The notes under the pieces are model-generated. The model searched no databases. It had not been told where the DNA came from and worked only from the letters and a program-made list of their open reading frames with translations. Both the position numbers and the translations under genes were made by a program. Source: Spirochaetia bacterium (GTDB lineage Bacteria > Spirochaetota > Spirochaetia > SZUA-6 > Bin103). From it: DNA of 64,000 nucleotides. Shown here piece by piece: positions 50,849 through 60,097 of the stretch. The stretch covers positions 576,001-640,000 of the forward strand of contig CBDAOI010000003.1 in the NCBI GenBank assembly GCA_965198005.1. The letters run 5' to 3'. The number at the start of each line of letters is the position of its first letter. The first letter of the stretch is position 1.

Positions 50849-52090
50849 ATGGTGGCGGACCTCGCGTGGGGGGCTGGGGCCGGGCTGGGGCTCGGTCTCG
50901 GGCTGGCTGCGCTGGGGGTGGCGCAACTCGTGCCGCCGCTGGTGAACTGGTGGCGTGCCGCCCGCTACCGCCAACCGCCGCCGGCGGCGTGGCCGGCAGT
51001 CCACCTGGTCGTCCCGTGCAAGGGCGGCGGCGCTCTGATGCGGCGCCAGCTCGCGGCCCTGGCCGCGCAGAGCTACCGGCCGCTGGTGCTGTCGTTCGTC
51101 ACCGAAAGCGAGGGGGACGCCGCCGTGCCGCTGATCCGGGCGCTGGCGGCGGCGCACGGGCACGTCCGCCACTTGGTGGCGGGTCTGGCGCACACCGGCT
51201 CGCAGAAGATTCACAACCTGCTGGCGGCGGTGGCGGCGGCGCCGCCGGAGACGGAGGTGTTCGCGTTCTGCGACGCGGATATCGAGCCGCGGCCGGAGCT
51301 GCTGCACAATCTGGTGGGGGCGCTGGTCGGCCGCGGGGCGACGGTCGCTACCGGCTACCGCTGGCTGGCGCCGCGCCGGGCCGGCCTGGGCGCACGGCTG
51401 CACGCGGTGCTCTCCGGCTACCTGGCGACCCTGATCGCATGGCCCGGCTCGCGCGTCGTGTGGGGCGGCACCTGGGCGATCCGCCGCCGGGACTGGGAGC
51501 GGCTGGGGGTCGCCGGCTACTGGCGCCGGCGCCTGTCCGACGATCTGTCCCTGCAGACCCTGCTGGAGCGGGACCGGGCGCGGCGCGAGTTCGTGCCGAC
51601 CTGCGTTTCCCGCACCGGCGAGGCGATTTCCCGCCTGCCCGACCTGATCGACTGGTTCAGCCGCCAGGTGTTCTACACGCGCCTGTACACGCCGCGGTGG
51701 TGGGCGGTCTCGGTGGTGGGGCTGATCGTGCTGGGCGCCGCGGTGGTGGCGGCGGTGGTGGCGGTGGGGCTGGCCCTGGCCGGTGGGCCGGGGGGCACGG
51801 CCGGGCCGTGGGCGGCGGCCGGCGGAACGGTTCTCCTGCTGGCGGTGCTGATCACACCGGCGCTGGTCGCCGCGCCCCGCCGCCGGCTGCTCACCTTTCC
51901 GCTCCTGTGGTGGGTGGGACTGGCGCCGCTGACCGGCGCGGTGGCCTTGATCAGCGCGCTGCGTTCGATTTTCATGCGCCGCGTCACCTGGGCTGACATC
52001 ACCTATACGTTCAACCGCGACGGCACGGTGCGGGACGTGTTCCACGGCGCCGGCCACGGCCGCAACGCGGACGTTCGCGAGGAGCAGTGA
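50849..52090 (+). CDS. Membrane glycosyltransferase, GT2/GT21 (ceramide glucosyltransferase-like)
   Basis: PCKG, QKIHNLL, DAD, WGG, SDD, W..RQ, flanked by TM segments. Confidence 0.8.
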   Translation: MVADLAWGAGAGLGLGLGLAALGVAQLVPPLVNWWRAARYRQPPPAAWPAVHLVVPCKGGGALMRRQLAALAAQSYRPLVLSFVTESEGDAAVPLIRALAAAHGHVRHLVAGLAHTGSQKIHNLLAAVAAAPPETEVFAFCDADIEPRPELLHNLVGALVGRGATVATGYRWLAPRRAGLGARLHAVLSGYLATLIAWPGSRVVWGGTWAIRRRDWERLGVAGYWRRRLSDDLSLQTLLERDRARREFVPTCVSRTGEAISRLPDLIDWFSRQVFYTRLYTPRWWAVSVVGLIVLGAAVVAAVVAVGLALAGGPGGTAGPWAAAGGTVLLLAVLITPALVAAPRRRLLTFPLLWWVGLAPLTGAVALISALRSIFMRRVTWADITYTFNRDGTVRDVFHGAGHGRNADVREEQ

Positions 52091-52932
52091 CCATGGAACG
52101 GACGAGAATCGCCTGCGGTCAGTTCGAGGCCCGGGCGGCCGACAAGCAGTACAACCTGAAGGTCATGCGGCGCCAGATGGGTGAGGCGGCCGCGGCCGGC
52201 TGCGCCGTCATCGTGTTCCCGGAGCTGATCGTGAGCGGCTATCTCGCAGCGCCGCGCATTCCGGCGCAGGCGGAGCCGCTGGGCGGAGCGAGTGTCGCCC
52301 GCGTCCGCCGGGACGCCGCCGCGGCGGGCATCGCGGTGGCGTTCGGGATGGCCGAGCAGGCGCCGGACGGTGCGCTCTACGACAGCCTGGTGGTGGTCAA
52401 CGCGCGCGGCGAGCTGGCCGGCTGCTATCGCAAGCTGCATCTGTTCGGGGCGGAGAACGAGTGGGCGGCCGCCGGTGACGAGGTGCCGTCGTTCACGTTC
52501 GGCGGAGTGGCGGCCAGCGGCTGGATCTGCTACGACACGCGGTTTCCGGAACTGGCGCGCAACGCGGCGCTGGCCGGCGCGGAGCTGGCGCTGGTGCCGA
52601 CGGCATGGTTGGGGCCGCCGGAGGAGTGGGAGCTGGCGGTGCGCGCGCGGGCGCTGGACAACAGCATGTTCGTAGCCGGTGCCGACCTCGTCAGCTTTGC
52701 TCCGGGTCTGCGCTGCCGCGGCCTGAGCCTGATCGCCGACCCACGCGGCGCGGTGCTGGCGCGTGCGGAATCCGACACCGACTGCGTGATCTGGGCCGAC
52801 CTGGACCCCGCGGCCCGGGCCGCGCAGCAGCAACGACTGGCATTGCTGCGCAACCGCCGCGCGGACCTGTTCGACCGGCAACCCGCCGCCGATCAGTCCG
52901 CCGACAGCTACTCGGCCCGCGGCAGCTCGTAG
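52087..52932 (+). CDS. Carbon-nitrogen hydrolase (nitrilase family)
   Basis: FPE, YRKLHLF, ICYD.RFPE catalytic triad. Confidence 0.9.
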   Translation: MTMERTRIACGQFEARAADKQYNLKVMRRQMGEAAAAGCAVIVFPELIVSGYLAAPRIPAQAEPLGGASVARVRRDAAAAGIAVAFGMAEQAPDGALYDSLVVVNARGELAGCYRKLHLFGAENEWAAAGDEVPSFTFGGVAASGWICYDTRFPELARNAALAGAELALVPTAWLGPPEEWELAVRARALDNSMFVAGADLVSFAPGLRCRGLSLIADPRGAVLARAESDTDCVIWADLDPAARAAQQQRLALLRNRRADLFDRQPAADQSADSYSARGSS

Positions 52933-53330
52933 TTGACCATCCAGTTGATCCCGAACCGGTCGGTCCAACTGGCGAAGTAGGCTCCCCAGAACGTCTCCTG
53001 CGGCGCCATCGTCACCGTGCCGCCCGCGGACAGCTTGGCGCACAGCTCGTCACACCGCTCCCGGCTCTCCACGTTGATTGAAATCGAGAAGTTGTTGCCG
53101 GTAACCAGCGGCGGGCCGAACGAGCTGTGGTCGCTGCCCATCAGCGCGCTCGCGCCAATCGGCAGCGATACGTGCATCAGCTTGTCCTTCTCCTCCTCCG
53201 GCACCGCCATGTCCGGCGGCGCATCGGCGAAGGTCGACAGGAATTGGAACTCACCGCCCAACACCGAGCGATAGAATTCGAATGCTTCACGGCAGGTGCC
53301 GTCGAACGTCAGGTACGTATTCAGTGACAT
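52908..53330 (-). CDS. VOC/PhnB-family protein
   Basis: YLTFDG.CREAFEFY, MH..L, LMGSD, TFWG....TDRFGINWM. Confidence 0.9.
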   Translation of the reverse strand: MSLNTYLTFDGTCREAFEFYRSVLGGEFQFLSTFADAPPDMAVPEEEKDKLMHVSLPIGASALMGSDHSSFGPPLVTGNNFSISINVESRERCDELCAKLSAGGTVTMAPQETFWGAYFASWTDRFGINWMVNYELPRAE

Positions 53331-53462
53331 GGATCTCCCCCATTGGAATGGTTTGCGTGGAATGGTCTGCGCCGGCTCATTCTCCCTGGTGTGGTCTGCG
53401 TGGTCAACGGCTTGACGTCTACCTCGGGGGAAGTGATTATACTCTAGGCAAGGAGTCATACC

Positions 53463-53741
53463 ATGGCGCATGTAGTAGGACACAAGGGCCAAGTTGTGAT
53501 CGCCAAGGAGATCCGCGACTCATTGGGAATCGCACCGGGGTGGATGTCGCTGCAACGGATCGTCGATGATCACGTGGAGATCCGATTCGTCCCGCCTGAA
53601 CATCGAGAGTCGTTGAAGGGAAGCCTCGCTCCTTATGTCACACGCCACATCCCTTCCAGTGCTGAATTCGCGGAAGCCAAGGAACGGGCTTGGCATAGTG
53701 CCGCTCATGAGCGATCGGGTCGGCAGGCGCGATCGAAGTGA
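53463..53741 (+). CDS. AbrB-type antitoxin (VapB)
   Basis: VGHKGQVVIAKEIRDSLGI. RBS AAGGAG. Confidence 0.85.
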   Translation: MAHVVGHKGQVVIAKEIRDSLGIAPGWMSLQRIVDDHVEIRFVPPEHRESLKGSLAPYVTRHIPSSAEFAEAKERAWHSAAHERSGRQARSK

Positions 53742-54151
53742 GCGATCTGATCGATACATCGCTTATCGTCCGGTACCTGACCGGCGATCCACCTCACCTG
53801 GCGGATCTCAGCGCACAGTTGATCGACGGCGAGGCCAATCTGACTATCACCGACGTCGTGCTCGTGGAGTCGGCCTACGTGCTCCGCTCGGTGTATGGCG
53901 TTCCGCGCGAAAGGATTGTCGATCAACTCGTCGCACTGCTGTGCAGGGCGAACATCGGCACCTTCCCGATGCGGAAGGAGCAGATGATCGAGGCGCTCCA
54001 GTTGTGCCGTCCGTCGGGACGGGTATCGTTTGGCGACGCCATGATATGGGCCGTGGCCCGGTTCACCGGACAGGCCATATTCACCCTCGACGAACGGTTT
54101 CCAGGAGCGGGGATAACCAGACATCGGCTCACGCAGGATACAGGTCGATAG
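53738..54151 (+). CDS. PIN-domain toxin (VapC)
   Basis: IDTS..VRYL..D, E..YVL, SFGDA, TLD. GTGA overlap. Confidence 0.88.
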   Translation: MSDLIDTSLIVRYLTGDPPHLADLSAQLIDGEANLTITDVVLVESAYVLRSVYGVPRERIVDQLVALLCRANIGTFPMRKEQMIEALQLCRPSGRVSFGDAMIWAVARFTGQAIFTLDERFPGAGITRHRLTQDTGR

Positions 54152-54318
54152 AGATCCCGCCCGTCGGACGCCGTCGGATGGCGGAGCTCGCGTAGGTTCG
54201 CGCATCACGGCAGCAGGCCACCTCAGATGCGGGCGCCGATGCGGTTGCCGGACTCGTAGCGGCGCAGGCCCAGGGCGAAGACAACCCAGGCGGCCGCGAT
54301 CGCGCGCGCACCACCGCC

Positions 54319-56382
54319 TCAACCGTCCCTGCCGGCCGCTCTCGGGAGCTCTCCGGTCGAGCGCACGAATACGCCTTGGGCCACCAGCTTGCGGCGCACC
54401 GCCGCCGGGAGCTCGGAGCGTCCCACCAACTCCACCGCGCTGTCCGACAGCCGGCGCCCGTGCTTGCCGAGCGCCCCCAGGACGCGGAGCGCGGTCTCCG
54501 CATCGTGGCAGTCGAGCACCACCGCCGGGCGCATGTCGACCCGGCGCACCCCGGCCGCCCAGTCCTCGATCTGGCGCTGCACATTGGGGGGCAGCGGCTG
54601 CTGCGACAGGTCGCCGGCCGTTGCGACTATCTGCTTGGCCGCGTGGCCGGCCAATACCGCGCGGTGCACCGACTCCCTGGTGATGACGAACAGCGTTCCC
54701 ACCGCGTCCGGTCCTTTGAGCGCCGGCGTCGGCGCGGCAAAGCTGCGCGCCCGAACCTGGTCGATCGGTGACGGCCCCAGAAAGACAATCTCGAAATTGG
54801 GCTGCACGATTGCTGCGCCGATTTTGGCGGGCGCGTCGAGTGTGAAGTCGTCCACCTCGCCGAGGAGGTAGCGGCCGATGTCGGTCAGGCGAAAGCCGAC
54901 CGCACCGCCGGCAAGTGGTCCCAGGGCCGCGCCGCCGAGCGAGATCAGCCGCTCATAAAAGAACGCCGTGAGGATCGCTCCCCAGATCCGTTCCGCGCGG
55001 TCGCGTCGGCCGTATCTCAGAGTGCCGGGATCATCCTCGAGCAAAGGGTTGCGTTCTTCGCAATGAAAGCGGATGAAAGCCTCCAGATCGAGGATGGCGT
55101 CCCGGCCGACCGTACGAAAGGCATCGGTGACCCCGGCATCGACTCTGCGGTCATACCAGATCTCGTCCAGCTCACGCAGCAGAGGCACGTAACTCAGGTA
55201 GACCTCTTCCTCGTCATAGGCGTAGCGCGGCCGCTCCAGCGCGTCCCGGCGCAGGGAGTCCAGGATTCGCTGCAGGCGGTGCTTCGCGTCGAGCAACAGC
55301 CAGCGCTGCCCGCGATCGGTCACCATCAGCCGGCGGTTGTTGCCGGGTCCAACGCGCGCTTCTGCCAGCTCGAGCAGTTGCGCGAAGCTGGTCGCCCGCA
55401 AGATGCGTGTTTCGTTGCTCAGGCGCGTGCCGGCACGGCCGACCCAGGCCGGCAGCACGGCCAACCTGGCGCCGAGGGCGGTGCGCGCCCGCGCGTACAG
55501 CGCGCCGCCGCCGGCTTTGAGGCGGGGCGGTTCGACAATTGCTTCGATCAGGAGGGTGGCCAGGTCCTCCAGCAGGAGCGGGCGGCAGACCACGTCCCCG
55601 CCACTGAACCTGGCCGACTCCGGCGCGGCGGTGCGCCCGCGGTGCAGACGTTCGAGGGCGGGCAGCCAGACGCCGATGAAGGGCAGCATGGTCGCGTCGA
55701 CGGAAGTCAGGAGCAACGCCTCGCCGCAGGCGAACGCGAGGCCGGCCGCCAGCGCTGCGCGGTGCCCGCCGCGGTCAGCCGCCTCGACCAACTCAGTGAG
55801 CGCGATCGGAGCGCCCCGCTGCGCCACCGTCTCGATCAGCTTCCTGGCGGTGGCGACGGCGGCCGGCCGCGCCTGCCGCCAGCGGTCGTAGTGGTGGAAC
55901 ACCAGGGGAGGAGGTCCGGAACCGGGCTCTCCCTGCCACTCCAGGAATTGGCGCAGCCAGTCTACCTCGTGCATCTCGACGGCGAGTTGGTCGCGGCGGC
56001 TGTCTGCGTCGCGGCGGCTGAGCGCGGCGATCTCCTGCATCGTGTAGTGGTGAAGCAGATAATTTGACAGCACGTCATTGCTGCGCCGGCGATCGTGGAT
56101 CGCGGTATGACCGGAGTAACGTACGTCGTCGAGTGCGCGCAATGCCCGCAGCAGGAACCGCCGCGGCTGGGGCACGATGAGGCGGGGTTCGTGCGTGGTC
56201 AGCGCCGGCTGCAGCCAGCCACGGTCGATCAGATCGGCCATGCCCGCGGTCTGCTTGGTTCGGTATGCGCCGCCACTGCCCCGGCTGATGTCGATCAGCA
56301 ACTGCCGGCGATTGTCCGACAACGCCTCCCAATCCGGGAGCTGAGCGAACAGCTCCAGCCAGTTCCACTCGAGGATCTTCAT
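54319..56382 (-). CDS. Helicase-associated domain protein (XPB/Ssl2 N-terminal-like Helicase_C_3 at the C-terminus)
   Basis: FRLTDIGRYLLG, IVQPNFEI, ITRESV.RA...G, PPNVQRQIEDW. Confidence 0.75.
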   Translation of the reverse strand: MKILEWNWLELFAQLPDWEALSDNRRQLLIDISRGSGGAYRTKQTAGMADLIDRGWLQPALTTHEPRLIVPQPRRFLLRALRALDDVRYSGHTAIHDRRRSNDVLSNYLLHHYTMQEIAALSRRDADSRRDQLAVEMHEVDWLRQFLEWQGEPGSGPPPLVFHHYDRWRQARPAAVATARKLIETVAQRGAPIALTELVEAADRGGHRAALAAGLAFACGEALLLTSVDATMLPFIGVWLPALERLHRGRTAAPESARFSGGDVVCRPLLLEDLATLLIEAIVEPPRLKAGGGALYARARTALGARLAVLPAWVGRAGTRLSNETRILRATSFAQLLELAEARVGPGNNRRLMVTDRGQRWLLLDAKHRLQRILDSLRRDALERPRYAYDEEEVYLSYVPLLRELDEIWYDRRVDAGVTDAFRTVGRDAILDLEAFIRFHCEERNPLLEDDPGTLRYGRRDRAERIWGAILTAFFYERLISLGGAALGPLAGGAVGFRLTDIGRYLLGEVDDFTLDAPAKIGAAIVQPNFEIVFLGPSPIDQVRARSFAAPTPALKGPDAVGTLFVITRESVHRAVLAGHAAKQIVATAGDLSQQPLPPNVQRQIEDWAAGVRRVDMRPAVVLDCHDAETALRVLGALGKHGRRLSDSAVELVGRSELPAAVRRKLVAQGVFVRSTGELPRAAGRDG

Positions 56383-56553
56383 GGGCGCGGCCCGCCGAGC
56401 ATGGCGCCGTTGCCCGCGGCGCACCAGAGATGGAGGTATGTGACCCGGTGTGTGACGCGCGGTGTGACAGCAGCGTTGTCATGGCGCGCATGCGATCGCT
56501 GCACCGGCGCCGGTGGTGCGCGGTTGCCCGTTGCGGAGTGCTTGCTCGTCACG

Positions 56554-56943
56554 TTACGCGCTCAGCGCACGCGCGGCGACAATGCCGGCAGTCGTGGCCA
56601 GCAGGCAGCCGCCAACGTTCAAGCCGATGTTGGAGAGCAATGCCAGCCAGCGACCACCCTGCCACAGCAGCGCCGTCTCGTAGCTGAACGCCGAGAACGT
56701 GGTGAACGCGCCCAGGAAGCCCACCATCGCCAGTAACCGGAACGAACTGCCGGCGAATACCCGCTCGGCGAGCGCGGTCACCAGGAAGCCGAGCGCCAGC
56801 GAACCGATGAGGTTCACGGCCAGGGTGCCGTAGGGGAAGTTCGCGGTGCGGGCCTGGATCCATTCGGTGACGAGGAACCTTCCCACCGCTCCGAAAAATC
56901 CGCCGACGCCGACCAGCGCACCGTCACGCAACCAGTCGCTCAT
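56554..56943 (-). CDS. crcB: Fluoride efflux channel
   Basis: GGFFGAVGRF, FPYGTLAVNLIGS, GFLGAFTTFSAFSYET. Confidence 0.93.
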   Translation of the reverse strand: MSDWLRDGALVGVGGFFGAVGRFLVTEWIQARTANFPYGTLAVNLIGSLALGFLVTALAERVFAGSSFRLLAMVGFLGAFTTFSAFSYETALLWQGGRWLALLSNIGLNVGGCLLATTAGIVAARALSA

Positions 56944-57029
56944 TGGGCGAGGATGTGTTCGAGCGACCGCGGGCCTTCGACTTCGAGGTCGCAGTTGATG
57001 AACCGTACCGCCATCCCCGAGACGGCCCG

Positions 57030-57830
57030 CTAGACCAGACCGGTGAGTTCCGAGCTGACGCGCCACAGCTCCGCCGCCAGGCGCCGGTCGCCGGCCGTGG
57101 ACGAGGCGCGTGCCCGCCGCCGGTTGACGAAGTACGCGCCGCTGACGTCGGCCACCTCCGGGGCGAGTGCGAGGTGCACCGGGGTGCGGGCGCCGGTGGC
57201 CACCGGACTGCCGCCGCCGAAGTTCACGTGCAGCAGCTTGGTGTCGATGACGCCCGGATGCAGGAAGTTGACGGTAACTTCGCGGGGATCCAGAAGGCGC
57301 GCCAGCTCGCAGGTGAACAGGGCGTTGGCCAGCTTGGAGTTGCAATACGCCTGCCAGCCGTCGAATCTGCGCTCCATCTGCAGGTCATCGAAGTCGATAT
57401 GCCCGCTGCTGTGCGCGCCCGAGCTGACGTTGACGATGCGTGCGGGGGCGCTCGCCCGCAGCCGGTCGAGCAGCAGGTTGGTGAGCAGGAAGGGCGCGAG
57501 GTGGTTGACGGCGAAGGTGCTCTCGTAGCCGTCGGTGGAGGTGTTGCGGCGCCGCACGGCGATGCCGGCGTTGTTGATCAGCACGTCGAGCCGCGGGCAG
57601 GTGCGCAGGACCTGCTCCGCCAGCGCCCGCACTTCGGCCAGCACCGCGAAGTCGGCGGCTACGGGAGTCACCTGCCGGTTGCCGGTGGCTGCGGCGATCG
57701 CACGCGCCGCGGCGCTGGCGCGCGCTGCGTTGCGCCCGTGCACGATCACGGCGCAACCCTGCCCGGCCAGCGCCAGGGCGGTAGCGCGCCCGATGCCGTC
57801 GGTGCTGCCCGTTACCAGAATCGTCTTCAC
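57030..57830 (-). CDS. SDR oxidoreductase (retinol dehydrogenase-like)
   Basis: TGSTDGIG, NNAG, VNHLAPFLLT, YCNSK, HPGVIDT. Confidence 0.9.
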   Translation of the reverse strand: MKTILVTGSTDGIGRATALALAGQGCAVIVHGRNAARASAAARAIAAATGNRQVTPVAADFAVLAEVRALAEQVLRTCPRLDVLINNAGIAVRRRNTSTDGYESTFAVNHLAPFLLTNLLLDRLRASAPARIVNVSSGAHSSGHIDFDDLQMERRFDGWQAYCNSKLANALFTCELARLLDPREVTVNFLHPGVIDTKLLHVNFGGGSPVATGARTPVHLALAPEVADVSGAYFVNRRRARASSTAGDRRLAAELWRVSSELTGLV

Positions 57831-57852
57831 GCGTGCGAGTATGACATGGACG

Positions 57853-58125
57853 CTACACCCACTGCTGCGTCCGCACCGCAAACGCCTCCGTGGTGTAGGA
57901 CTGGAACAGGACCCGCCCGTCGAACGCCAGGAGCTGCCGCAGCCGTTGCCGGTAGCCGGGGTGATCGATCATCTCCTCGGCGGCGGCCTTCGGGACCCAC
58001 GCTGCGGCGATGGTCTCGTCGCCCGCCTGGGCGTCTCCAGACAGCGAGGAGCCGAGAAAGTCGAAATCACTCGGCCGGTTGGACACTGGGGGGCGCTGCC
58101 GGTAGCTTGGGGCGGTCTCGTCCAT
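57853..58125 (-). CDS. Small hypothetical protein
   Basis: ATG ORF filling the gap between the SDR and the ATPase. Confidence 0.45.
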   Translation of the reverse strand: MDETAPSYRQRPPVSNRPSDFDFLGSSLSGDAQAGDETIAAAWVPKAAAEEMIDHPGYRQRLRQLLAFDGRVLFQSYTTEAFAVRTQQWV

Positions 58126-58170
58126 GTCTCTTGCCAATCAGCTTCGCTGTAGCCCGCCGCGGTCATCCGC

Positions 58171-59874
58171 ATGAGCGATGCGCTGGTGCGCGACCTGCAC
58201 CGGATCGACGGACGGCCCTACGGCTACTATCGCGATCTGCGTGGCCGCCGCTACGCGTTGCCGAGCGGCACGCTCACCTTCGACCACGTGCAGGGCGATC
58301 CGTTCGCCGCGCCCAGCCGGCTGCGGGTCGACGTTCCGACCGGCGTGCTGCGATTGCCCGGCTGGGCCCGGGCCGACAGCGACGCACGGCGGGCAACGGC
58401 CGACTATCTGCAGCGGGCGCTGTATCCGGCGCTGGCCGGGGCAGCCGGCGGTTCCGGCAGCGGCCGCAGCGGGCTGCTGGAGATTGCCCCTGCCGGGCAG
58501 GAGGTGCTGGACCGCACCGGCGTGGCGGTCGACGCCGAGGGTGGCGCCCGCGTGCGGCTGTCTGCCGGACTGCCGGCGGCGGGACGGCGGATCCTGGGCC
58601 GGGCCGCGGCCGAGCTGCTGGCCGGCCGGCTCGACGCCGCGGTGCGGGGCGTTGCGGAGCGGCTGGACTTCAGCAGGTTGCGCACCCACGTACGGGTGGT
58701 GGAGGACCAGGTTGCCCTGCGCGCCCGGCTCCGCGAGCGCGGGCTGATTGGGTTTCTGGCCGACGGCAGCATCCTGCCGCGTCGCAGCGGCGCCGACCCG
58801 CGGCCGCTCGGCGGGGCGTTGCCGCTGGACGCACCGGCGGCGCTGGCGGTGGAACTGCAGGCGCCGCACGCCGGAACGCTGCGCGGTCTGGGGATCCGCG
58901 CCGGGGTCACGCTGATCGTGGGCGGCGGCTACCACGGCAAGTCGACCCTGCTGCAGGCGCTCGCCCTCGGGGTCTACGACCACCTGCCGGGCGACGGGCG
59001 CGAGCGCTGCGTCTCCGCGGAGGAGCTGGTGAGCGTGCGCGCCGAGGACGGCCGGGCGGTGCGTGGCGTGTGTCTGACGCCGTTCATTGGCGCCCTGCCA
59101 CTGGGACGCGACACCGGCTTCTTCGACAGCGACGATGCCTCCGGCAGCACCTCCCAGGCCGCGGCCATCGTCGAAGCGCTGGAGGTGGGCGCGACCGGGC
59201 TGCTGATCGACGAGGACACGGCGGCCACCAACTTCATGATCCGCGACGCGCGCATGCGCCGCCTGGTGCCGGGGGCGGATGAACCGATCACGCCGTTCAT
59301 CGACCGCGTGCGCCAGCTCTGGGAGGAGCGCGGCGTATCGTCGGTGCTGGTGGTGGGCGGCGCCGGCGACTACCTGGACGTCGCCGACTGCGTCATCCGG
59401 ATGGACGCCTACCGGCCGCGCGAGGTGACGGCGCAGGCGCGGGCGGTGGCGGCCGCGCAGCCGTTGGGAGACGCGGCGCCGCGAGCCCCCGGCGCCTGGC
59501 CGCCGAGCCCGCCGCGCGTGCCGTTGCCGGAGAGTCTCGATCCGCGCCGCGGCCGGCGCCCGGAACGGGTGCGCGCCGTAAAGACGCGGGCCATCGAATT
59601 CGGGCACGAGGAGATCGACGTCAGCCTGCTGTACCAGCTCGTGGACGCGGCGCAGTGCCGCATGATCGGCGACCTGCTGCTGCGCCTCACGCGCGGCCTG
59701 TGCGACGGCCGCCGCGACCTGCGCCGCATCCTCGCCGCACTCGAGGCCGACCTGCAGGAGCACGGTCTCGATTCCCTGGCGCAGGAGAGCTTCGGCGACC
59801 GGGCGCGGCCGCGACGCTTCGAGGTGGCGGCCGCCATCAACCGCCTGCGCAGCCTGCGCGTGGCCTCGGGTTGA
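58171..59874 (+). CDS. Predicted ABC-class ATPase (COG3044-like)
   Basis: HVQGDPFA.PS, GGGYHGKST, DASGSTSQAA, LIDEDTAATNFMIRD. Confidence 0.88.
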   Translation: MSDALVRDLHRIDGRPYGYYRDLRGRRYALPSGTLTFDHVQGDPFAAPSRLRVDVPTGVLRLPGWARADSDARRATADYLQRALYPALAGAAGGSGSGRSGLLEIAPAGQEVLDRTGVAVDAEGGARVRLSAGLPAAGRRILGRAAAELLAGRLDAAVRGVAERLDFSRLRTHVRVVEDQVALRARLRERGLIGFLADGSILPRRSGADPRPLGGALPLDAPAALAVELQAPHAGTLRGLGIRAGVTLIVGGGYHGKSTLLQALALGVYDHLPGDGRERCVSAEELVSVRAEDGRAVRGVCLTPFIGALPLGRDTGFFDSDDASGSTSQAAAIVEALEVGATGLLIDEDTAATNFMIRDARMRRLVPGADEPITPFIDRVRQLWEERGVSSVLVVGGAGDYLDVADCVIRMDAYRPREVTAQARAVAAAQPLGDAAPRAPGAWPPSPPRVPLPESLDPRRGRRPERVRAVKTRAIEFGHEEIDVSLLYQLVDAAQCRMIGDLLLRLTRGLCDGRRDLRRILAALEADLQEHGLDSLAQESFGDRARPRRFEVAAAINRLRSLRVASG

Positions 59875-60097
59875 AATTCTCCATCGTAGTAGCCGCGATA
59901 CGGCAGGTTGAAATAACGTGGCCCACTCAATTCTGATCGGGGCGGATCTTGGTTCCACCGTCCGTCCCACACACGTGCCGCCGCCCGGGACCGCGAACGC
60001 CGCGAGCGTGCGGCCGAGAAACCCCACACGTGACGGTTGCCGGTTGCCGAGTGGCTGGCCGGTGGTTAGTGTGGCGCATGGGTGGTGAAATGTGTGC

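Noticed and set aside
53412-53443. TTGACG...TATACT promoter for vapBC
   Set aside because: The spacer is 20 bp, too long to call confidently.
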